Assembly: GCA_965644315.1 (NCBI GenBank)
Contig: CBFFRQ010000067.1
Coordinates: 1-64,000 of the forward strand
Direction: 5' to 3'
Length of the DNA stretch: 64,000 bases
Origin: Caecitellus pseudoparvulus
Lineage: Eukaryota; Protista; Bigyra: Bicosoecida
Positions 10,352 to 18,643 of the stretch are shown piece by piece. The notes below the pieces were generated by a model. The model did not search any database. It was not told the origin of the DNA and saw only the letters and a list, made by a program, of their open reading frames with translations. Position 1 is the first letter of the stretch. Each line of letters begins with the position of its first letter. The translations under genes were made by a program, and so were the position numbers.

Positions 10352-13300
10352 ATGGAAGCCAAGACAAGCCAAGTGTTGGGTGCGCTCTTTGTGGATAAGT
10401 GCATTGCTGCGCGAGCAATGCGTGGGCCACGAACAGGCGGATTTACTGACATGCCGCGCCGAGGCGCTGCACGGACGTTCCAGCTTGGCGGAGTGCCGAT
10501 CAACGAAGACCCTTCAACATCTTCATCAACCATTCGTGATTCTTGGCTTGAAGCCTACGGAGAGGCGGCGGAGGCCCAGTTCCCTGGCATCTGTGCGGAA
10601 GTTGGGCGTGGTGCAGTGGCGTTGCGCCGCCCACAAGGAGCCCCAGCTGCCCTGCTAGTCTCACTCGGTGGAGGGAGTGACAGCGCAGAACTGGCACGGA
10701 GCATGCGGGAAGCAGCAGCACGTGAGGACGACTTCACTGTGCGCCTTGGAAGGGGTGGCTTCTTGGCCGTGGTGTTTCCAAACACACGCCAGTTTGTCGC
10801 TGCCAAGGCCAAGGTCCAAGCCAAAGCGCCAACCCTTGTGCTCAACGCTGCCCGGGAAATAATGCCGCTAGCTACCAGCCTTGCAGTCAACACGGGAGAT
10901 GTGTCGTCTATCGTCACTCTCGTGAAGTCTCACTTGCGTCAAGCTTCTCCAGCTGCGCACCAAGATCGCCAACACGTCCGACAATCCGTCCCCAAGAAGG
11001 GAGATGCTGCTGTCGACAAGGCGCCCATTCGACACAACATCAAGACATCCGCACAAACCCAACAGGCTCCAGGTAAACGCAAGAAGGTCAGGCGTGGTCA
11101 GCGCTCCAAAGCAAGCACGGCATCTACACATTCCAAAGTTGTACCAGGGCGAACCTTTGCCGACCTGTTCAAGACGCCTCCATCAGAAACGACTGCCCGA
11201 GAGAAACACCAACACGTGGTGCCATCAAGTCCTCCTGCAAGAATGCCCAAGCTGCAGACGGAGGCGGTGGTGCTTCCATCGTCACGAGTGCGAACTGGGC
11301 AACAAACGCGCTGGGACAAGCCATCAACCCTTGACCAAGATTCGAAGATGCAGGCACCCGTGTCGGAGGACAGCATGCCTGCATCTCAGACAAGTACCTC
11401 CACAGCAACAACACTCATCCTGTCGCCACCTGCGTCAACCCCTGAGTCGATATCAGAATCAGACACCTCGCTCAGCCTGTCTGCACCTGAAGCTGCACCC
11501 CATCATACTGTGAAGGTTGTGAGGATGAAGGATTGCCCCCGAGTCCCTGGATCACTTCCCACCCATGACATTCCAGCATCGTCACCTCTCGCACGCCTGC
11601 TCGCTTCCCCATGTGTGTACGGGAACAGAGACCAACGGCATTGCGTACAGGCCTGCTTGGAAACAGCGGCAGGGGAGAAGGTTTTCGAGACTGAAGACCT
11701 CGTGCTTCTCCAGCATGCAGCTACTGTCGAGGCAGGACAGCGAGCCTATCGGAACCTGCGTCGTAGAGCTGCTGCAAACACATCGGACTCCTCCAGTTCT
11801 GATGTTCAGTGTACGATGCCAGCAGGCGGTGTCATGTCAGACTGCGCAGAGGATCAACTGGAAGCTCTTGCTCGCTTGCTGTTTCGCTTCACACCAGAGG
11901 ACTCCCTTCTGCAAGCACAAGCACCACCTGTCCTTCTTCCCGGTTTGCATATGCTTCTCAACCGCATGAACAGTGGGCACCGTGCCCTTCTTGGTGGGAG
12001 TAAACTCCATGGGGGCATCTGTCCTCAAGCAGTGATGTACGAGGACGGCCAAGACAAGTACTTCGATGGTGTTCACTTTGCCTTTGCCCTACATCGTCTC
12101 CAACACACTGACACTGCTCACCTTACGCTGGTTCTGGTCGATCATGATCGAGGAGTGTTGGTTGTATGGAACCCAGACATTGCAGATGCAAGTGTTGAAG
12201 TGCCCTTCCACAACTGCATGGAACGTCTGCACGCCGATGCTGTAGAAATGGTCTACCGAGTATCATCGACCCCCATGGTGGGATCTCCAAGCCCCTTGAA
12301 AGAAAGACTGCGCAATGTGATGCAGTCGCTGAAGCAAGACTTCCCCCCTCTCCCTTTTGCTGCGGAAGATGGGGAACTCCACCTCAAAACGTACATCGCT
12401 GGACAGTTCACCCGTGTTGCCCTCCCAACTGGACGCCTGACTAGACAGCAGGCTTCTGCTCTAGCAGACGCAAAAGAGCATGACCCACTACTGAAGCTAA
12501 TCCCGCAAGACACAGATACAATGCCTCCACGCTGGGAGCAAGGCCCGTGTACCCCAGTGGGAAAGTCAGCCACAACTTCCATCTCCATGGTGTCTTGGAA
12601 TGTTGCAAGCTCCTGTGGTAACCACCTCCACGAAGTCATAGTCTGTGCGAAGTCGGCCTCCTCTCGATCTTCAAAGATGGTGCTCTGCCTTACGGAGCCA
12701 GGCGGACATGGGACCTTGGACACGGAGATCATGGGTCTACAATGCTTCAGACCAGGTCCACCTGATCGTCCACCAGGACGAAGTGAGGTCGCCCTGCTCA
12801 TCGACAGAAGACTGCGGGCTCAACGGATGGGGGACCTTGGTCTTGATGGCCGCTGTGTTGTTGCTTGCACCATTCCCACAACGCCAAAGCCTCTTGCAAT
12901 CATCACGGCATATGTGCCTAACTGGCACACAGCGCAGCGAAAGAAGCCGTTAGCAGACCCAGATACAAAGCTTCCACACAGGCAGCAGATTTGGGAACAG
13001 CTCACGAATGCTGTTCAACATCTGAGGACAACCCACATGATCACACTCATGGGTGATCTGAACTGCCACCCAGGTCAACACGGGGTAGCTTCGTGGGACA
13101 CGTCATGCTGGCGCAACCAATCTGGCATCCCCGACCCGACGGACGACGTTCAGGAACTTGCGACTGTGTGTGAACAGGCACAACTTCAGCCTGCTGGAGT
13201 CGGGGGACAGCCCACCCAAGCTACCTTTCAGAGAGTCTTGGATCACATCCTCGTATGTCCCTCGCTGCGGTCGCGGTTGGTAAAGCCCCTTGCTGTTGTT

Positions 13301-16300
13301 ACAACATACTCAAGCGCCAGGAAGAAGAACCACCGAAAGATGATCCTCAGTGACCACCACATGCTCACTGCCGGTGTTGTAGTCAAGCTGCCCCCCCGAC
13401 CCAAAGCCTCAAGACAACCTCCATCGACCCACTCTGTCCCCCCCTGGTGGGCATCGTCCACACGTGAGGGACTCAAGGCGCAGTACATGCACAGACGCCA
13501 TCTTGATGCATCTCTTGGGCCAGCAGACCTGCATGTCCCTGGTACTGGAGATGAGGCAGAAGCACTCCAAAGCTTGGACGCCCTCATTGCTACCAGTGCT
13601 CGAACCACGCATGCCCAGTGCAAGTCCACATCGCCTCAAATGATTCAGGCATTTGCTGACATACCACGACTCAGCTCCCTGAAGAAACGCTTGACAGCCA
13701 AGACGAGGTCCATACAGAAACAACTTGTGAAACTCCGTCGGCGCAAGCATCTGCTGCGGCATTCCTCACTGCTTAGCTCGATCGAGGCTCTGCGCAAGGA
13801 GGAAGAGCGGGAACACATGCTGCTTCAAGACCTGCATGCGACGAGGACTGAAAGGAGGCAAGCGATGCGCAGGTGCACCAGACTCGTGGCAAAGAAGCAC
13901 AAAGCCGCGAAGTTCCAGGTACAGCACCGCATCAGGGAGCTTACACTGGCCGACCCATTCACTGCGCATCAACACATCCGGAAGTTGGCTGGGAAGAAGC
14001 GGAAAGGCACAGTGTCCTGCATCCAGTCAGTGCTCGATAGCAACGGGACACTCATCACGGAACCTGCTCTCGTTCGGTCCACGGTGCGGGACCACATGTC
14101 CCAAATCATCAGCTCCCCCCCTTTAGAGCTTGCCCCACTGAAGTTCGGTTTGGCCCGGCTGCTGCCGTCTGCACAAGATGCCACCGCCTCTCATGATGCT
14201 TGGGTCCCAAGTGTGGACCTCATCATGAGAAAGATTCAGTCACTCAACCTACACCGCAACCCTGGCACTGGAAGCTTCCAAGCTGAACATCTGAAGTACG
14301 CCAGTGAAACCTTCAGGAAGAAGTATGCTGTTACCCTCCGCCAAGCCATCAGCACTGGCTCCTGCCCTGAGGAGTACCACTGTGGCGTCGGGACTCTCAT
14401 CCCAAAGACCGCTAGCCAACCCGGACGAGTACAGACATACCGCCTCATTGTTTGTCGCCCACCTCAAGCCAAGCTGTTCTTCTCTGTGGTAGCAGCTTGT
14501 GTGGAAGACTGGGTCCAAAGATGGATCTCTCCAGAACAAGCTGGCTTTACTCATGCTCGAAACACGCATGAACAGATACTGGCACTACAAGAAACTTCTG
14601 CTGCGTATCTTCGAACAAAGCCGGACGCCAGTGTCCTCATACTCTTTGTTGACTTCAGAAGCGCCTTCGATACTGTCAGTCACGGTGCGATCATTGAGAT
14701 CCTTGAGAGCGCAAATCTCCCGAGCGCCCTACTCGAATGTGTGAAAGACTACATGCGGCGAGCTTCTGTTGCCATCCACACGGGGCATGGCCTCTGCAAC
14801 CCCCTGCCTGTGACAAACGGTGTCCCACAGGGTGGAGCCCTGTCGCCTCTTCTGTTCAAAATTGCCATAGACGTCCTCTCTCACCGGCTCAGAGAACTAC
14901 CAAAGCAGGGGGTGGCGGGTGCAGGAGTACCCACACCCCGAGGCCGAGTCACCCATACGCTGTATGCGGATGATCTTGCCTGCCTGGCTACCACACCAGC
15001 TGCCCTCCACCGAATGTTTCTCGAAGTCAAATCTGTGGGCAGTCGTGTTGGACTGACCATAAACCCCAACAAATCAGGTGTCATGATCTTGACTGGAGCC
15101 CAACATGTCAGGGGCATATCAGCAACAGAGAGACGAAAGCTGGTCTGGAGATCCCGCTGGATCAAGTCTGGGGAGATGTTGAAAGTAAAGGGGGCGCCCA
15201 TCCAACGTACGAGTGTCTACTCGTATCTTGGTGCCCCACTTTCAGAAAACTTCAGCCGCACCAGGCTGCTTGCCTTGAAGCATGCAACACAATCTTGCAC
15301 CCGGGCTGGCTTCGCCTGCGGTGCCCTCCTTAGTGGCGTCTGGCTTAGTCCAAGTCTCAAACAGCGGGTCGGTGCTGCAGCTGTCAACAGCGCCGCCGAC
15401 TACATCCTTGCCTCTCAGGTCAGCAACTCCGTGCTACCTCTTCGAGATCTTGACCGAGGACTGGCCATTGCCTTCTCTAAGGCCCAGCTTGGCATGCAGA
15501 GTTCACTAGCTCGGATGCACAACTATGCAAAGTTGGCTGTATGTGGCATTCTGCCAGCACACATCCGAGCGACAAGGTTACGCAGCAACATCTTCAAAAA
15601 GTTGCTGAAGAACTTGCACAGCCCCACGCCTATAGTCAAAGCCCTGTCATCCAGCCTTCATCAAGCCCTGCGCCAGCTTCCGCCCACCATGGACATGGCC
15701 TTTGTCTTTCAGGCCAATGTCCGCCTGGATAGGAAAGGACCGGGAGGAATTCCAGACCCATGGGCCCTGCACGGTCTCCTTGACCTTTGGCTACATGGTT
15801 GCCTCCCTGATCGCCGGGCACTTGAGGCAGCTTGCCAAGAGCCAGCCGCAGACTCATCACCCGAAGCACAGGGGATCGACATCCTTGCTCGGCTGGATCC
15901 CCCTCCCCCCAAGGTCCAACTCCTTGGACTTGCTGCCCCGGAGCTGTCAGACCTCTCACGACCCCCAACCTTCCCAAACAAGACCTCTTGGTCGATCAGA
16001 CAACATGTAGTCGCCTCGTTCCTCCATGTTGCACAAGCGGTTCAATGCCAAGAAGTTGGCTACACCACCACTGGCGAGATGAAGCGCTCAAGGCGGCCTA
16101 AGGAGTTCCACGTTGGGCTGGGGGCCTGCTTCTTCACATGGCTCCACCCCATCCCCTCTTCTGTGAACCCCCTCTTCTGGGTCCATGAAGATGACCAACA
16201 GAGTCGAGTCAAGATCCACCTCTGGCAAACGCTGCAGGTCTTCAATGGGGGAGACATCCCCACACTCTTCAGCGAGTGTCCCTTGTGTCATGGAGTTTCA

Positions 16301-17077
16301 TGGTGTACACTCCATGAACATGTCCTCTTTGACTGCCCTCATTATAAACTGCAACCATCGCGGACGGACGCGATGGTTGCAGTGCGGAACTTTCTTGAGC
16401 GGTCAAATGACGCGGTGAGGGGGGTGGCCAACGCCCAACACCTTGAAGTGCCCCCCCCCCTCCTTGATGCTGTCGTCCGGGCTGCTGAAGGCCGCTTTGT
16501 GGGCCGACCGGGTCGCTTGATTCTTCTTCGCCTGCTACTATGCGGCCAGTGGCCCCACCGGTGGGGCCAGCCTCCATCACAGCAGCCTTGGAGTCCTGAG
16601 GCGGCCGCAGTCTTGAGCAACCCTCATGCTGCTCTTCGCGGCCCCTCAGGTCTTCTCCGTCCTCCCAAGTACTGGAAGCAAGCTCTGGCTGCCGCCACGA
16701 GCTTCTCTGTATCTGCGTGGGACGTGCTGGTAACGTGTATGCTTGGACGTACCTCACAGGTTGATCGTCATATCCAGGTGCACGCCAGGTATCTCTGGTG
16801 GGCTGCACATGGCCGCACGAGTCCACTCCCGGGCTTCTCCACTCCTGATCCCAGCGCTGTGAGAAAGCATACACGACATGTTCGCACGCGGCGCTTTGAG
16901 CGAACTTACTTTCCTGTCAGGGCTGAGCGCAGGCCCCCTCGCTCCTTCACGAGGCAGGCCACTCTCCTGGACTTTGGCCTCACACGGCCCGAAGCCCGTG
17001 ATCACCCTCCATCGCCCTCTTCCAACTCGCCCACGTCCTCCGAGGTATCCCTGGAAAGTCCATCGTCCTCTGAATAG
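10352..17077 (+). CDS. Retrotransposon polyprotein, paralog of 1431-7934
   Basis: SWNV, LTEP, YVPN, GDLN, LDHI, SDH; FVDFRSAFDTV, GVPQGGALSPLLF, YADD (14963-14974); CPLC..H....C. Start MEAKTSQVLG at 10352; the frame is open from 10154. Confidence 0.95.
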   Translation: MEAKTSQVLGALFVDKCIAARAMRGPRTGGFTDMPRRGAARTFQLGGVPINEDPSTSSSTIRDSWLEAYGEAAEAQFPGICAEVGRGAVALRRPQGAPAALLVSLGGGSDSAELARSMREAAAREDDFTVRLGRGGFLAVVFPNTRQFVAAKAKVQAKAPTLVLNAAREIMPLATSLAVNTGDVSSIVTLVKSHLRQASPAAHQDRQHVRQSVPKKGDAAVDKAPIRHNIKTSAQTQQAPGKRKKVRRGQRSKASTASTHSKVVPGRTFADLFKTPPSETTAREKHQHVVPSSPPARMPKLQTEAVVLPSSRVRTGQQTRWDKPSTLDQDSKMQAPVSEDSMPASQTSTSTATTLILSPPASTPESISESDTSLSLSAPEAAPHHTVKVVRMKDCPRVPGSLPTHDIPASSPLARLLASPCVYGNRDQRHCVQACLETAAGEKVFETEDLVLLQHAATVEAGQRAYRNLRRRAAANTSDSSSSDVQCTMPAGGVMSDCAEDQLEALARLLFRFTPEDSLLQAQAPPVLLPGLHMLLNRMNSGHRALLGGSKLHGGICPQAVMYEDGQDKYFDGVHFAFALHRLQHTDTAHLTLVLVDHDRGVLVVWNPDIADASVEVPFHNCMERLHADAVEMVYRVSSTPMVGSPSPLKERLRNVMQSLKQDFPPLPFAAEDGELHLKTYIAGQFTRVALPTGRLTRQQASALADAKEHDPLLKLIPQDTDTMPPRWEQGPCTPVGKSATTSISMVSWNVASSCGNHLHEVIVCAKSASSRSSKMVLCLTEPGGHGTLDTEIMGLQCFRPGPPDRPPGRSEVALLIDRRLRAQRMGDLGLDGRCVVACTIPTTPKPLAIITAYVPNWHTAQRKKPLADPDTKLPHRQQIWEQLTNAVQHLRTTHMITLMGDLNCHPGQHGVASWDTSCWRNQSGIPDPTDDVQELATVCEQAQLQPAGVGGQPTQATFQRVLDHILVCPSLRSRLVKPLAVVTTYSSARKKNHRKMILSDHHMLTAGVVVKLPPRPKASRQPPSTHSVPPWWASSTREGLKAQYMHRRHLDASLGPADLHVPGTGDEAEALQSLDALIATSARTTHAQCKSTSPQMIQAFADIPRLSSLKKRLTAKTRSIQKQLVKLRRRKHLLRHSSLLSSIEALRKEEEREHMLLQDLHATRTERRQAMRRCTRLVAKKHKAAKFQVQHRIRELTLADPFTAHQHIRKLAGKKRKGTVSCIQSVLDSNGTLITEPALVRSTVRDHMSQIISSPPLELAPLKFGLARLLPSAQDATASHDAWVPSVDLIMRKIQSLNLHRNPGTGSFQAEHLKYASETFRKKYAVTLRQAISTGSCPEEYHCGVGTLIPKTASQPGRVQTYRLIVCRPPQAKLFFSVVAACVEDWVQRWISPEQAGFTHARNTHEQILALQETSAAYLRTKPDASVLILFVDFRSAFDTVSHGAIIEILESANLPSALLECVKDYMRRASVAIHTGHGLCNPLPVTNGVPQGGALSPLLFKIAIDVLSHRLRELPKQGVAGAGVPTPRGRVTHTLYADDLACLATTPAALHRMFLEVKSVGSRVGLTINPNKSGVMILTGAQHVRGISATERRKLVWRSRWIKSGEMLKVKGAPIQRTSVYSYLGAPLSENFSRTRLLALKHATQSCTRAGFACGALLSGVWLSPSLKQRVGAAAVNSAADYILASQVSNSVLPLRDLDRGLAIAFSKAQLGMQSSLARMHNYAKLAVCGILPAHIRATRLRSNIFKKLLKNLHSPTPIVKALSSSLHQALRQLPPTMDMAFVFQANVRLDRKGPGGIPDPWALHGLLDLWLHGCLPDRRALEAACQEPAADSSPEAQGIDILARLDPPPPKVQLLGLAAPELSDLSRPPTFPNKTSWSIRQHVVASFLHVAQAVQCQEVGYTTTGEMKRSRRPKEFHVGLGACFFTWLHPIPSSVNPLFWVHEDDQQSRVKIHLWQTLQVFNGGDIPTLFSECPLCHGVSWCTLHEHVLFDCPHYKLQPSRTDAMVAVRNFLERSNDAVRGVANAQHLEVPPPLLDAVVRAAEGRFVGRPGRLILLRLLLCGQWPHRWGQPPSQQPWSPEAAAVLSNPHAALRGPSGLLRPPKYWKQALAAATSFSVSAWDVLVTCMLGRTSQVDRHIQVHARYLWWAAHGRTSPLPGFSTPDPSAVRKHTRHVRTRRFERTYFPVRAERRPPRSFTRQATLLDFGLTRPEARDHPPSPSSNSPTSSEVSLESPSSSE

Positions 17078-17623
17078 GCGGGGATCTGTGCGAGACAAAG
17101 CGCAGAAGCAGGCAAGCTTACGTATGTATCGTGGTAAGAACCACGGTCGTGGTTGACTGCGAAGGCGAGGCTGCTACATGCGCTGTCCTTGATGCGTTGG
17201 TTATTCTCTGTGAAAAGTTGGAAGGTTATTGGAAAGTAAATGTTGTCCAGTATACGTACCTGATGTCTTCGGGGTCCACATGAAAGGTCCTCTGGCGGCT
17301 CCTGCGATGGTGCGGGCGGAATTTGGGAGCGTGAACAGGTGGGCGCAGCGGTGCAACGCCGCAGCGCGGAACTTACAGGTCCGCCAGGTCCTTGATTGAT
17401 GATGGGGCTGGGTCATCTGTGAACAAGGGAGCATGCTGGTGTGTTCTTGGTGGGCGGGGGGCGTTGTTCCGGCGGTGCGCGCTGCTACCACCGGCGTGGT
17501 GCAGTGCAACACCGCCGTGAAACGCAACCCCCCAAAGGCGGCCACCGAGGCTCAGTTCAGCGCGCAGTGGCCCCAGGCACACGTGCAGTGCCTGGCGAGG
17601 GCCAGGAGATATGGGGGGATTCA

Positions 17624-17932
17624 GAATTATGATGCGAAGTGTGGACTGGGACGAAGTAAGAGTGGGCCCGGCCCCCTCTGGCTCAGCCGACTGAGCCGAG
17701 AGGGCGCGGGAGGGACAGTTCAGCACGTATGGGCGGGCGCGGGCGCGCCCTAGCAAGCGGCGGCTTATACAACGGACGTATGTCCGTGATGGCTGCAGAC
17801 CCACGAGAGTGGGAGCCGCTGTGGTGCCTACTACAGTGCATTCGTGTGCTGTGGTACGCAAGGCACCACGAGTGATGCCCAAGCTGTACCGTGCAAGAGT
17901 GTGCGGAGGCAAGTTGCAATGCATTGAGTGAG
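17624..17932 (+). ncRNA. Conserved structured 3'-terminal RNA element of copy 2
   Basis: Stems AGCGGC(17756)/GCCGCT(17815), CGGAC-GTAT-GTCCG, CCCAC-GAGA-GTGGG, GTGGTGCC/GGCACCAC and CCGTGCA/TGTGCGG, then AATGCATT. Confidence 0.8.
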
Positions 17933-17956
17933 CTAACCCCTAACCCCCTAACCTAA
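17933..17956. repeat. Degenerate telomeric spacer (CTAACCCC TAACCCCC TAACC TAA)
   Basis: Telomere-variant units with irregular C-runs between copy 2 and copy 3. Confidence 0.9.
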
Positions 17957-18275
17957 AAGGTGCAGAGAAGTGAGTTGGATTATGATGTGAAGTGCTGATT
18001 GACGAGCGCGCCACCTGGATGGACTCTCTGTGGTGTGGTTCAAGCTGGTCAAGGACGGGACTTTCTCCCCACAGGGCGTGCGTAGGACACGCCCTAGCAA
18101 GCGGTGACCTCTACAACGGTCGCAAGACTGTGTTGGTTGCAGATCCACGCAAGTGGAAGCCGCTGCAGCGCTTCTGCAGTGCATTCGTGCACGGCAGCGA
18201 GCGCCGCACGTGACGCCCAAGCCGAACCGCGCAAGTTGCAAGCGTGGATGTGAAGTGCAATGCATTGAACAGCTA
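17957..18275 (+). mobile_element. 5'-truncated relic (3' terminus only) of a third retrotransposon copy
   Basis: Aligns with 17624-17935: ATTATGATG.GAAGTG, CGCCCTAGCAAGCGG, TGCAGA.CCACG..AGTGG.AGCCGCTG, CAGTGCATTCGTG, TGCAATGCATTGA...AGCTA. Confidence 0.88.
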
Positions 18276-18643
18276 TGGCGTTTTGGTATGTATGTATAGC
18301 CGTTTAGGTGCAGGGCAGGTCATGGGCGGCTGCTGGGCGCCGTTGCGGGCAGGCGTGGCGACATGGTGGTGAGGCTCACACAAATGCCGCGCCGCACGGA
18401 GACCCCATACACCCTGAAGTAATTGAATTCATAGTTCTTGGCGGGTGACACAATCAGAAAGAATTCAGGCTTTCTTGGCGGGTGACAACAAGAACCAAAA
18501 GAATGCAAAGAAGATCAAGCACACAGGTCTGCAATCTGCAGAGTGTTCCTGTGCACTGGATCTTTTTTGTATCCTTCTGAAGGAGAGAACTGAACCTACG
18601 TTGCACGTATCCATTTCTTCGCTCAATGTGTCTGCGCAGTTGC

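Larger units (their letters stand above)
10133..17932 (+). mobile_element. Telomeric non-LTR retrotransposon, copy 2 (full length, diverged subfamily)
   Basis: Same 5' terminus as copy 1, colinear ORF, conserved 3' structure, followed by variant telomeric repeats. Confidence 0.93.
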
